Virus record (IMG/VR): IMGVR_UViG_3300021376_000007
Direction: 5' to 3' (one strand)
Origin: a virus
Length of the DNA stretch: 64,000 bases
A program made the position numbers and the translations under genes. The notes below the pieces were generated by a model, which worked only from the letters and a program-made list of their open reading frames with translations, was not told the origin of the DNA and searched no databases. This document shows, piece after piece, positions 10,701 through 21,967 of the stretch; the first letter of the stretch is position 1, and each line of letters begins with the position of its first letter.

Positions 10701-13700
10701 AACATAGTTGAAATTGGTCTTTTGGAAAGATCTGTTTTAACTCCAGACGGAAAAGGAAAAAGTAATGATACAGCTTTAATTTCAAAAAAATCAGATGGAA
10801 CAAAAAGTTTAGATTTTAATTTTTCTTTTGCGGCAAAAATGTCTCAATTTGGATTAGATGAAATAATGAAAATTTCTGCTGCCTTTGATCCCTCTGGATT
10901 AAATACTAGCAACATAGCAGGAAGACAAGCAAGCCAGACGGTGATGATGCCGCTTCCTGTTATAAATTTGCAGGCTGGAGATTTAGTTGTCAAACAATCG
11001 GGAATTGAACTAAAGGCAGAATATGCAGAATATTTTGAATTAGATCCAGCTTATGAAGATTCTGGCATATACGGAAACGGGTGGGGAGCAGTGGATTTCT
11101 CCGACTGGGGAATGCCTAAGGACGCAGATCACGAACAATTCTACATTGCCATGAGATGGCCATATAAAATGAGTGATTCTTCTAAATATTCACCAGGGCA
11201 ATACACTCACAAGAATAACACTTTTAAGAAAAGATATAATTTATCTGAAGATGATTTATGTGGAACGGTTAATGATTACAAGCAGAGAAGAGTTTTAATT
11301 TACAATGAAAAAACCCAACAAGCTGTTGTATGCGCGCCAGCCTACTTTTTGTGGGGACAAACAGAAGCAGATGATGGAGGTGTAATTGACGCAATTGTTT
11401 CGCCAGACGCTGCATACTTTTTGGGATTGTTGGTAAATCCAGAAAATGGAAGAGTTATTTATCCAGGTGAAAATCTTTCAAATCTCTACAAAGATGGAGA
11501 CTCAACTCTTGTTTTTAATGAAGATAAACAATACGAAAAAATAGGTGGAGTAGAAATGAATCTGCAAGAATGTAGATTTACTTTTGTCCCAGACTCAACG
11601 CCGTTGGGTGTTGTAACCAGCACAGTAAATCCAGCAATGAGGTTTTTTCTTCAAGGTTCAGAAGGGTCAGATGCAAGAACGACCACTGCACCTTTTATAA
11701 ATCCTTATCCCTTTGCGGATCCGAATAAAAAATATTTGGCTACTGATAGCCCACTGCTGGTGGGTTTTGGAAATTTTAAATATAATAAATCAAAAGATTT
11801 AACTACTCTAACTCCGCAAACTCAAATTGTAATCACGGATACATTAGAAAATCAGTATCTTCCAGCAATTAGGAATGAAGTCATAAAAAGCGGTAACTAC
11901 GGAACGATCAGAGCTATAGAGTATTCGGAGTCAGCAAATCATGTTGGTCAAAAATATCAATATTCAACCGCTGAAGGTGTTTCTTTAAGAACCTTAAAGG
12001 AATCACAACTTTTTCTAAGAAATGGAGGAAACTACTCTAGGTATTTTCATGAACTGCAGTTTGGGGACTTCAGTCAACTTAAGCAAGATAATTTAATAGA
12101 TAAAAGAGAAGAAGATAAAACATCCAATCAAATTGATAAAAATTTTGCAGGTATTTATGATCCACTGGACATTGTTTCTATTCAAGCTAGAGCTTTTTAT
12201 GATGAAAGATTTGATTCAAACATACAAGTAATAGCAGGAAATGGCAGGACTATTGAAGAGGCTCAAGAAATATGGGATCAATTTAGATGGGGATATCATA
12301 ATTATACTTCTGTAAAAGATATTTTTAGACAGCTGTACAATTTAGACCCAGATGATGAAAAAGAATCTAGTGATCCGTTATTTTTAGCCATTAGAGGAGA
12401 ATCAGATTCAATAATTCAAAATTTTCAAGTTGGAAACTCTAAAGAATTTTCTACTCTTCTTGGATCAGATTGGATTAATGAACAGTCACAATCACCAGAT
12501 AGACAAGCAGCGATAGATGTTGCAATGAAAGAATATATTAATTCAGGTTTTGATGGATTTGATGAAAATTTAAAAATTAAATTTAATCAAGACAAAGGTT
12601 TGACAGATGTATTTAATGCCCTAATACAAAAAAAGATATCAAAAGTACAATCTTTAGTCAAAGATTATATAAAACTATATCTTTTTTTCAAGGCACAAGA
12701 TGAAAGCGCAAGTGCGTCATCAAATCCAAATGCATCAAGCAGTTTGCAATATTCGCCAACTACTAGATTTCCTGACATTAGTGAAGAGGATGTCAATGAA
12801 TATTTATCTTGGATAAAAAGCCCAAAACAATTATTTCTTTTAATGGTTGGTATTTTTAGGCACAAGCTGTGGTCAGATCCATATTCTAGAGCCTGGGTTG
12901 TGATAAGACCAGACAAGAAGAGAAGTGGAGATGTTGCAGCAAAGATAGGAACTGTAGCCGGTGGCGTTGGTGGTCTTTTTCTTCCGGTTCCGGGTGGTCT
13001 TGGGGTAGGGGCCGTTACAGGAAATCTAGTAGGTGGAGCTTTGGGATCTGTATTTGGCGGTCCAGATGAACACGCAAAGTGGAGCTTTAGGCCATTCGAT
13101 AAGGTTTGGCAAGCTTTTATTGATTATGAGTCACAAATATCTGTTAGCGATTCAGCGTTTAAGAACTTCTTGCAAAAGAATGCAAAAGAGGGAAATAGTT
13201 CCTCAAACTGGATTACAGGCATGAAATCAGACGTTGTTTCTCATTGGGACAAAAACATAGGTCCAATTTTAAGCTCATTTAAAACAGCTCTTGGCGGAAT
13301 GCTAAACATGTTCCAACTTTCAATGCAGCAGATGGGTTATGGTTTATCCCAACTTGAAAACTTTACTCGACAAGCAAATATCCTTAACAAGGCATACAAC
13401 GACTCAATATATTACTCAATGGGTAGGCCCGGAAGTTTATTGAGAGCAGTAGATAATCCCTTTACGAGAGAATATGGCGAACCTGTTGTAGAAGTTAGAG
13501 AGCCATTCCAAAGGATGCACTACCTAAGTTCATTCTCTCATATTCTTTCTAATAATATTAAAGAAAATATTAGCGGGGTTGCAACACAAATAACAGCTGT
13601 TTCTGATGGTAAATATCCCGTTACTGTTGCTTTGGACAAAGCTGCTCCACCAGAAAGGCAAGTTGAAAAGACAGTTGAAACAGGGCTATATTTTGATAAC

Positions 13701-15752
13701 CTTAAAGGCTCCGGCATAACGGGGATACTGCATCCAATAATGCACCCATTGGAAACATTTAGGGGAATTGCCAAGTCTACCGCAGGCGAACCAGATGAGT
13801 TAACTGCAAAAAGAGTTGCCCTATCTTATCTAAGAGAATCTCTTAAGGATATATACGGCGGAGAAATATTGATAATAGGCAACGCAGACATAAGACCGTA
13901 TGACCTTGTTTATTTGGCAGACGTTTACGAAAGAATGTATGGTATTTTTGAAGTAGAGCAGGTAGTTCATCACTTTACTCCGCAAATGGGATTTGTTACA
14001 GGAATTACTCCAAATGCTTTTGTATCCGTAAATGATCCATCACGATGGTTTGCGAGTTCCTGGATAGCATCTCGTTTCTCCGTGCAGGATTTAAGAAACA
14101 GCACTAGACTAATGATGGTTAGTGCATCAAATAATTCAATTATGACAACTACAGGAGAAGTTTCTGTAGATGCACTTTCCGAGGCATTGAGGACACAAAT
14201 GACCGGAGCAACACAATACACTCACGGACACTCCGCCTTAGTTAGGGACATAGTAGCAAATCAAGCAGCTGAATCAATACCCGATGCAAAACAAAAAATG
14301 GAAGCCTTAATAAGGCAAAACACTGGCAAGCAGCATGGAGCAATGGGAGCTGCTATCTTTAGCGCATTCGTAATGCCGACGATCAGCGCTGCAGTAACTG
14401 CTACTGTAGGAGTTGCAACGGCTGGAAACCCACTTGCAATAGGCGCAACTGCTGCTGGTATGGCTTTAGTGTCAGACGGAATTTGGAATGGTTGGAAAAA
14501 GATTAGAGATAATGTTCTTGATCAACACGGATGTTATATTCAGTATTTAAATAAGAATGGTCAACCTATGGATGCGGGTCTTTCGTTCAATCAAGGTATG
14601 GTTGTTGGAAGATACCATTCCAAAAAACTTCTTCCCGGGCTTCTTGCAACTAGATCAAACGTGAGATCAGCCGAAGGTCATATGTATATTAGAACAGATG
14701 ATATTATGAAAAATTTGGGGTGGAAAGAAAAAGAAATTGCAGACGTTGTTAGGCATATAAGTTTAGAAAATGCAATTGTTCATTCTCAAATATTAAAATA
14801 CTCTGGTATAAGTCCAGAAAAAACTACTTTAAATGAATCTTTTAAAGCAATAGTAAAAGTTACTCATGTTGTAGACGGAGATACTTTTGTTGTGCAAGAT
14901 GTATTGTCTGGGTTTGCCGGAAATGATATAACATATAAGGTTAGACTTGAGGGTATTAACACCTCAGAATTAAATAAGTTTAACACAGGAGAACTTTCTG
15001 ATGGAACTAAGACAGCAATAATAAACGAAAATACTGCAGCTAGTAAAGCTAAAAAATACACAGAAAATTCCGTAAAAGGAAAGCTTATTGTTTTAAGAAT
15101 TAACCCAAGAAACCCGGCAAATATAATATCAGTAGAGGGGGCTTATGAGCCAGGGGCTGAGCAAAACACACCAGAAAATTACGCAAAAGCCTTTAAGGGA
15201 TCTAATTATGTTGATAGTGAAGACAGATATATGGCTACAGTTTTTTCCGACGTTAGCTTAATAGAATATGAAAAATTGTACAATTCTGTAAAAGATCTTT
15301 TTTTACTAGAACTTGAGTCAGAATTTTCTATAGACTTAGTTGTTAGTACTAAATCAAAATTTAAACAAAAGAAGTTTTTTCCCACATCTCCAATGTTTAT
15401 TTATTTTGACAAAATGTACGACGCATTAAATGTTTTATCTGATATAAAAGAACATTTAGTTGTAACAAGTTCTTCAGATCCACTTTATAATTTGACAGAA
15501 GATCAAAAAAAACATTTTAATATTCTTATGAATTTAGCTATAACCGATTCTTTATACGAAAAAGCTTCAGAGTGGCCAATTGTAACATGGGACCAATACT
15601 ATGACGATGGCTCCCCAATCACCTTAAACTGGCAACTAGTGACCAATGGGTTGGCAAAAATATACATGGATAGCTTAATCCTGCAAAAAAATAACTCATT
15701 AATAAGACCAGGTGCTGATGAGTCAGCAATCCTTGAAAGGGTGGAATACTAA
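4709..15752 (+). CDS. Giant baseplate hub protein (~3680 aa) with internal RlpA-like domain and C-terminal SNase nuclease; +1 shift at CGGA 5078
   Basis: ORFs 4709-5152 and 5124-15752 join via GCC GGA C-GGA ATA CAA GAA TTT. Hub-like motifs IKPGVRVHLRAGYGS...IFNGIITEV and IIGNADIRPYD...FEVEQVVHHFTPQMGFVT. SNase motifs VVDGDTF and VRLEGINTSE. Confidence 0.75.
5078..5081 (+). other. CGGN recoding site 2 (CGGA, codon 124)
   Basis: GGA CGGA ATA. Confidence 0.8.
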
Positions 15753-15753
15753 T

Positions 15754-18020
15754 ATGTCTTCTGATATAAATTTTGACATGGATGATTTAGCAGATTCAAA
15801 ATCTGCATCCCAAAAGATGACAGATTCATTTTACCCAAATGGGAAAGCCGTGTATACCAACACCACCCAATCAACGGAAGACAATCCTGCTAGAACCCTT
15901 ACTTCGGCGGATCCCATAAGAATTTTACAAGGTGATGGAATATATAGAAATCCAGCTTTTGCTGTTAACGGATACATACAAAATGTTCAATCAGCAATGC
16001 ATTCAATAATTGCAGTTTCTTCTGACATAGATGACAGCGTTAAGATACCAGATCCAGAAAATCCAGGGTCTTTTTTAACTGGCGCTAAAGCCAGGCAAGA
16101 AATAGCAAAACAGTCTTTGCTCAGCACAGGTTATGCACCAGGTGGTTTTGAATCTACGGTTAAAGCTATGATTAGTGCAACGACTGCAACAGCAGCAGGG
16201 AGCTCTGGTGCAGACGAAATTGGGACTGTAACCGATGGTAGCCGGAAACCCAATTCCTCACTCCGCAAAAGGTTATACACCATACACTGATCCAGGGGCA
16301 GAAATTTTTAATGGTGGTTCTAGAGCAATAGCTTTTGTAGATGAATTATCAGAACAAGAAAAAGAAGTTTATGCAACAAAACTAGCTCAGCTGCATAAAA
16401 AAGCAAACTTTGCTGGGTCAACTCTAGCGTCATTTTCAATAAATTTTAATCAAAACAAATATGATACTACTGTAAATGGAAAAAAAGTAACTCTTAAACA
16501 AGATTTAAAAACATTAGGATTTGAAATTAATTCCTTTGGCGGATATAAATCAGATGGCACATCTTACGGTCTTCAACCAATTGATGAAATTGGGACAGGA
16601 ACAAGGCGGTGTTCATTTGTCAGCTGCTTTGATAGAGCTATTATTGCGCTTAACTGACAAAATTTATATAAACGGATCACAAGGAACCCATAGGGGAATT
16701 ATAGGAAGCAACTTTGGTGCGCTAACAAAAGACAATAATTCTGTATCAGATCATGCTTTCGGTAGAGCTTTTGACATACACCACATAGGAATGACAAAGA
16801 ACGAAGCATTCAATCTTTCTAAAAAAAGTAAAAAAGAATATAAAGACGCTTTAGATCTTCTTTTGACTCATATGCAAAATCTTCCGGCAAGTCTTCACCC
16901 TGACCTTATTGTTATTAGTTCAGACTTAATAACTGATCTTGGAATTAACGAAAAAGGGTTAGAAGATTCAAATACGCAAATAAGAAAACAATTCCCAAAT
17001 ATAGCTAATCATGTTAATTTTGGTGCCGATACAAGCCATAGAAATCATATACATATAAGCTTTGGACCAATTAGAGCTGGTTCGTTTATTACCCCAGAAA
17101 TATCAGTAGCAATATCTGGGAAATCTTACTCTGGTTTTTCGACAACAAGCTCCGAGACAATAGAATTATTTAAAAAAATTCACAGGCAATCTGATAAACC
17201 TGATCCACTAACTTCGGGAGAAATTTATTTACTCTTAGTTAACCATGCAAACTTTGGAGAGGAAGCAGCTGCTTTGTTTTCTGCTATAACACACAGAGAA
17301 TCTAGAGGAAACGTATGGTCAACTAACGATGATGGGGCGTTTGGTCTTTTCCAATTTATGAGCAGAGCCAAATTAGATGGCGCTTCTCAGGGTGAAGATA
17401 CCGTTGTTAGAATCTTAATTCCAAACGAAGATTCTATTCCATTTTGGAAATTTGCCTATAAAAATTGGCAGGCAGAGGGTCTTGATAAAATGACAAAAAT
17501 CCAAAGAACCAGATTTATGTACGATAAACAAAAAAACGACCCAACCAACAATGCCGGTAGAGGGTTCTTTGACGAAAGAGCTTTTATACCAATTAATCAA
17601 GCTCAAATGCTCAGAGCAAAGTTTAGTTTAGATGGACCGAAGAACAGAAATAGAAAAATTACTTGGATTGGCGAAAGAACTAGCAATAGTATTGTGGGAC
17701 CTTGGGGGGAAAGATTTCTTTACTTTGGCCCGCTATCTGGCGTGAGTTATAAAATAGCAAAAGATGTTTATGTTCAATATAGTGGTAATACAGAGCAAAA
17801 ATTTATTGATTGGCTTATTCAGAAAATGCCAAAAGATTCAAGAAGCTTGAATCCAGACCCTACAACTGGTAAAAGCATATTAGAATCTTGGATAGAAGGA
17901 AAAGAATATCCAGTACTATATAAAAGACAAGGTTTATGGGGCAAGAGTGATAAAAATCCAAACGGATGGCCAGAAATATATGTTGATAATAAATACCCAG
18001 AAAACCCAACACCAAATTAA
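15754..18020 (+). CDS. Tail-associated peptidoglycan hydrolase (~754 aa): M15-type Zn peptidase plus lytic transglycosylase; +1 shifts at 16243 and 16607
   Basis: Three ORFs joined by AGC C-GGA AAC and AGG C-GGT GTT. Motifs SDHAFGRAFDI...HRNHIHISF (HxxxxxxD/HxH) and AITHRESRG...GAFGLFQF (SLT-like). Confidence 0.75.
16243..16246 (+). other. CGGN recoding site 3 (CGGA, codon 164)
   Basis: AGC CGGA AAC. Confidence 0.8.
16607..16610 (+). other. CGGN recoding site 4 (CGGT, codon 285)
   Basis: AGG CGGT GTT. Confidence 0.8.
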
Positions 18021-18029
18021 GGAGCTCCA

Positions 18030-18395
18030 ATGCCTAATAATTATCCAAAGTTTGATAAAAAAATAGATGATCAAATATCAAATCATAAATTTCAACAACC
18101 TAAAACGCGTGCAGCAACAATTATGGGCTATAATCAGAATAATCACACGGCAATGATTTTATTGGACGAAAGATACTCAAATAACATTGGCGACATGATG
18201 GCAAATGTACCTTGCCCATTTATATATGGAGTTCAAACAGTTGCCCCAACTCCTGGAACCCGTTGCTATGTGTCCTTTAGAGATTCTGCGGAAAGAGAAC
18301 CGTACATTATAAATTATTTTAATGATGGTAATTCTGGTTTTAAATTTATAGTTAACAATTCTGTAGACACAGGAATACCAAGGTATATGGTTTAA
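18030..18395 (+). CDS. Baseplate spike-associated OB-fold protein (gp5/gpV N-terminal-like)
   Basis: AAGGAG RBS. Motif NVPCP...APTPGTRCYVSF...PYIINYF. Baseplate synteny. Confidence 0.55.
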   Translation: MPNNYPKFDKKIDDQISNHKFQQPKTRAATIMGYNQNNHTAMILLDERYSNNIGDMMANVPCPFIYGVQTVAPTPGTRCYVSFRDSAEREPYIINYFNDGNSGFKFIVNNSVDTGIPRYMV

Positions 18396-18398
18396 GTT

Positions 18399-19091
18399 AT
18401 GATTAATGAATACGATTCTGATTCTTCTGGTTTAAACGATTTATTTGATGAAAATTATGAAATTAAAAGAAGAAAACAATTCTCTCATAGAGAAGTAGGT
18501 TTAAATCATCCAGATAATTCTTCTTTTATTAGAATAGCAGACGGTGGAGCAATTGAAATTTTTAGTTGTCCAGGAGTCGGCATTGTTATAAATCCAGGAA
18601 CTAGAAGCATATCTTTGTTTGCAGATAACATTAAATTTTATTGCAAAGACGATGATGGGCTAAGATGGAATTCTATGTCCTTTAATCCTGCTTCTGATGT
18701 CTATAATGAACCGGCGCTGATTAAAACAAATCAATTTGAAAACAACCCAGCTTTTTATAATTCAATAAGATATTTAAACAATTTAGAAGAAATGGAACAG
18801 TCTGGTCCCAATATACCTGTTACTATAGGTGGAGAATATGGTTTCTCTAGGCCACAAAATCCAGTTGAATCTCCCTTGGATGGGTCTGAGGAAAACTATT
18901 TTTCCCCAGAATTAGATACTTTAATAAAGAATTACGCTCAAAGTAATTCAGATATTAAAGTTCAAAAATTAATAGAGTTTCTAAAAAACGGATATTCTTT
19001 TAATGATTCTATACAAAAGTTAAACAATTTTGATTATAATAACAGTGAAAATTTAGAGAATTTTCCCTGGATTCATAATGATATGGAATAA
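18399..19091 (+). CDS. Baseplate spike-like protein
   Basis: Short beta-strand repeats (SFIRIADGGAIEIF, GIVINPGTRSISLFADNIKF). Synteny. Confidence 0.45.
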   Translation: MINEYDSDSSGLNDLFDENYEIKRRKQFSHREVGLNHPDNSSFIRIADGGAIEIFSCPGVGIVINPGTRSISLFADNIKFYCKDDDGLRWNSMSFNPASDVYNEPALIKTNQFENNPAFYNSIRYLNNLEEMEQSGPNIPVTIGGEYGFSRPQNPVESPLDGSEENYFSPELDTLIKNYAQSNSDIKVQKLIEFLKNGYSFNDSIQKLNNFDYNNSENLENFPWIHNDME

Positions 19092-19093
19092 AT

Positions 19094-19478
19094 ATGTCTG
19101 ATTTATATTTTGATTTATCCGGAGATATAAAAGTGTCTCCGAATAATGATTTAGCGATTGTGTCTGATTCTGCAGCAAAAGATGTTCAACAAATTTATAT
19201 TAGATTAATGACTGAAACTGGAGATTTTCAAGCCTATCCACAATTGGGATGCGACCTATCCATGCTATACGGCATGCCTCAAGCTATAGCAACTGGCGAA
19301 ATAGGAAAAAGAATAGTAAGAGCGTCATTAGAAGACTCAACAAGGGGGCGGAATATTTGCCGGAAGAAATATATCCATTGAAGCAATTCCCACTTCTGCA
19401 ACATCTATAAGATTTGACGTGCATATTTTGGATAATTCTGCGCAGCCGATAACTCTTTCTGTAACACAAGAACTTTAA
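19094..19478 (+). CDS. Baseplate wedge protein, gp25/W-like (~127 aa); +1 shift at CGGA 19349
   Basis: SDLYFDLSGDI...QQIYIRLMTETGDFQAYPQLGCDL. The shifted frame GIFAGRNISIEAIPTSATSIRFDVHI ends at TAA 19478, directly before the AGGAG/ATG of the next gene. Confidence 0.8.
19349..19352 (+). other. CGGN recoding site 5 (CGGA, codon 86)
   Basis: GGG CGGA ATA. Confidence 0.8.
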
Positions 19479-19490
19479 ATAGGAGCAAAA

Positions 19491-20648
19491 ATGCCCATAT
19501 CTTACAGTAAAACAAAAAGTCAAATTTTGAATCAAATGATGGAGTCTTTGAAAAAAAATTCTCCTATAACTGCAGTACATCCAGGAGCCATAGCTAGAGC
19601 GTTTGCAGAAGCAGTCGCCGTTGAAGCAGGAGACTTATATCAAGCGCTCAAGTTTAGCATAGATCAAACGAGTTTATCGACAGCAAAAGGCAGAGCGCTT
19701 GACCTCATAGGCGAACTTTATGCGGTAAGAAGAAGATCTATAGCGCAAGAAGCAGAGCAGGAGAGAGCAAGCTATAACATAGAATTCTATATATCTACAC
19801 CTCAGGCATCAGACATAACCATAACCAAAGATGTTCTTGTTTTTAATGATGTAACATCTTTTTCAACGCAACAGTATGCATACAAATTAGTTGATAGTGT
19901 TACAATATTAGCTGGCACAACAAGGGTTTTTGGTAGGGTAGTTCCAAATTTTGAAGGGAATGATTTTACCGCTGCTGCCGGAACGCTTACAAAGCACAAT
20001 CACGTTTCAATTGACGGAACTCTTGTATTCTGCATAAATCCAAAAGAGGTTCATTCAATGATGAACATGGAATCAGACGATTTATACAGATTAAGAATAA
20101 GCAAATCTTTGAAAACATCTACTTATGGAACAAATGAATCCCTAAGACTAAATGCACTTGGATTACAGGGAGTTAGAGATGTGAGAGTAAGGGAATCTTC
20201 TTACGGTTTGGGATCTTGTGACATTATTATTGTTCCAGAATCTCAAAGAATAGATGGCGGTTTTGTCAGAACAATTCTTGAAAATCTTTCTACAAAAAAA
20301 CCAGTAGGAATAAAATTAAATATTAGAATAGCAGATAGAGTGCCAGTTAATGTTGTTGGGAATATAATTATACCGAGTGGGCTTAGCCAAGCCGTTGCTG
20401 CTGCTGTTGAAACACAGGCGTCTTTGTTTGTAAAAAGATATTTGAACTCAATGACCATAGGCAGCACTATTACATTTGGAGACTTAGAGTCACAAATAAG
20501 ATCGTCTTCTGATTTTATTAAATCCGTAAACATATTAAGCGTTAGCGCAAATGGGCAAGAAATACCAAAAGGAACTTTTAGAATAAATTCTGATAAAGAA
20601 TATATGATAGCAGGAACGGTTTCTATTTTTTCTGTTATAATATCTTAA
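19491..20648 (+). CDS. Baseplate J-like wedge protein
   Basis: TAKGRALDLIGELYAVRR, ESDDLYRLRI, GVRDVRV, KKPVGI motifs; follows the gp25-like gene. Confidence 0.85.
   Translation: MPISYSKTKSQILNQMMESLKKNSPITAVHPGAIARAFAEAVAVEAGDLYQALKFSIDQTSLSTAKGRALDLIGELYAVRRRSIAQEAEQERASYNIEFYISTPQASDITITKDVLVFNDVTSFSTQQYAYKLVDSVTILAGTTRVFGRVVPNFEGNDFTAAAGTLTKHNHVSIDGTLVFCINPKEVHSMMNMESDDLYRLRISKSLKTSTYGTNESLRLNALGLQGVRDVRVRESSYGLGSCDIIIVPESQRIDGGFVRTILENLSTKKPVGIKLNIRIADRVPVNVVGNIIIPSGLSQAVAAAVETQASLFVKRYLNSMTIGSTITFGDLESQIRSSSDFIKSVNILSVSANGQEIPKGTFRINSDKEYMIAGTVSIFSVIIS
20633..20641 (+). promoter_or_regulatory. Extended -10 promoter element TGTTATAAT
   Basis: 30 nt upstream of the AAAGGA-ATG at 20671. 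Confidence 0.5.
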
Positions 20649-20670
20649 TATTTTTTTAAAGGAAGTTATA

Positions 20671-21951
20671 ATGGCAGAAAAAATGTACTTAATCACTAAA
20701 ACTCAAATAGTCAAGGCCAGTAATATGGCTAACGCTCGTTCAATTACTGACGGTGGAAAAGATGTTGCAGGAAATATGCTTGCAGATTCGACTAGTGTAA
20801 AAGAAGTCTCTGCAAGGGAAGCTCTGAAGTACTTTAGTGTTGTAGATGAAGATGATTTTATTTACAGTGATTATTCAGAAGTTTTAGAAAAAGATGACAA
20901 CGATTTCGATTTATCCTCCAGCTCCACAACGCTAGATTCTATGGGTGTTCACACTTCTACTGTAGATTTTTTAAGATCCGAAAACAAAAGATTGGCACGC
21001 CTTGTTGATAAGTATAAAAACATAAGACAAGAAGCCTCAAATATGGTTTATCAAGCTGCATATGATTCTTTTAGTGCGTTTAATTTATCAAAGATTCCAA
21101 AGCCAAACTTGAATCAATCTTTTGGCTTGCCAGAAACAGCAGTTGCCGTCTTGTCAGATTGGCAGTTGGGGAAGCTAACTCCTGATTATAATTCGGAAGT
21201 TTTAGAGAAAAGAATAGAAATTTACGCTGACAAACTGCTAGAAATTGCTGAGATTCAAAGAGCTCATCATCCAGTGAATAATCTACATGTTTGGATCCTT
21301 GGGGACATTGTTGAGGGCGAAGAAATATTTCCAGGGCAAAGTCATTTAATTGACTCTGGAATTTATCGTCAGGTTGGAGTTAATGGTCCAAGAATTTTAA
21401 GTACGTTCTTCCAAAAAATGTTGGCAAGTTTTCAGCATGTACACGTTACTGCGGTTATAGGAAATCATGGTGCCGTAGGTGGCAGAGCTCGTAAGCAACA
21501 CGATCCAGAAACAAATATGGATAGGCTGCTTTACAAAATATGTCAGCTCATTTTTGAGTCTGAAGATCGCATAAGTTTCAATATTCCTGAAGGCAAGGGG
21601 GAAAGAAACTGGTATGCAGTTGACTACATTGGTGATTATGGAACTTTATTGATTCATGGTGACCAAATGCCGTCGCCAAGTTTAGTAAACAGTTACTATA
21701 AGAAAATAATGGGCTGGAAAGATGGTGCGATTCCAGAAAGATTTGATGATGTTTTCATGGGTCATTATCATCAGCAATTTAAGATGACAATAGGTAGCAC
21801 AATTTTGAGGGTTTCTGGATCGCCAGAAAGCTACAATACATATGCGCAGGAATATTTTCACTCAATGAGTAGACCTTGCCAGCATCTAATGTTTGTTCAT
21901 CCAAATAAAGGTGTTACTTCGGAGTATTCAATATGGCTTGATGAAGTGTAG
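20671..21951 (+). CDS. Calcineurin-like metallophosphoesterase with a small N-terminal domain
   Basis: SDWQLG, GDIVEG, GNHG, IHGD and GHYH motifs. Confidence 0.85.
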   Translation: MAEKMYLITKTQIVKASNMANARSITDGGKDVAGNMLADSTSVKEVSAREALKYFSVVDEDDFIYSDYSEVLEKDDNDFDLSSSSTTLDSMGVHTSTVDFLRSENKRLARLVDKYKNIRQEASNMVYQAAYDSFSAFNLSKIPKPNLNQSFGLPETAVAVLSDWQLGKLTPDYNSEVLEKRIEIYADKLLEIAEIQRAHHPVNNLHVWILGDIVEGEEIFPGQSHLIDSGIYRQVGVNGPRILSTFFQKMLASFQHVHVTAVIGNHGAVGGRARKQHDPETNMDRLLYKICQLIFESEDRISFNIPEGKGERNWYAVDYIGDYGTLLIHGDQMPSPSLVNSYYKKIMGWKDGAIPERFDDVFMGHYHQQFKMTIGSTILRVSGSPESYNTYAQEYFHSMSRPCQHLMFVHPNKGVTSEYSIWLDEV

Positions 21952-21967
21952 GAGAGTCAAGTAGTAA

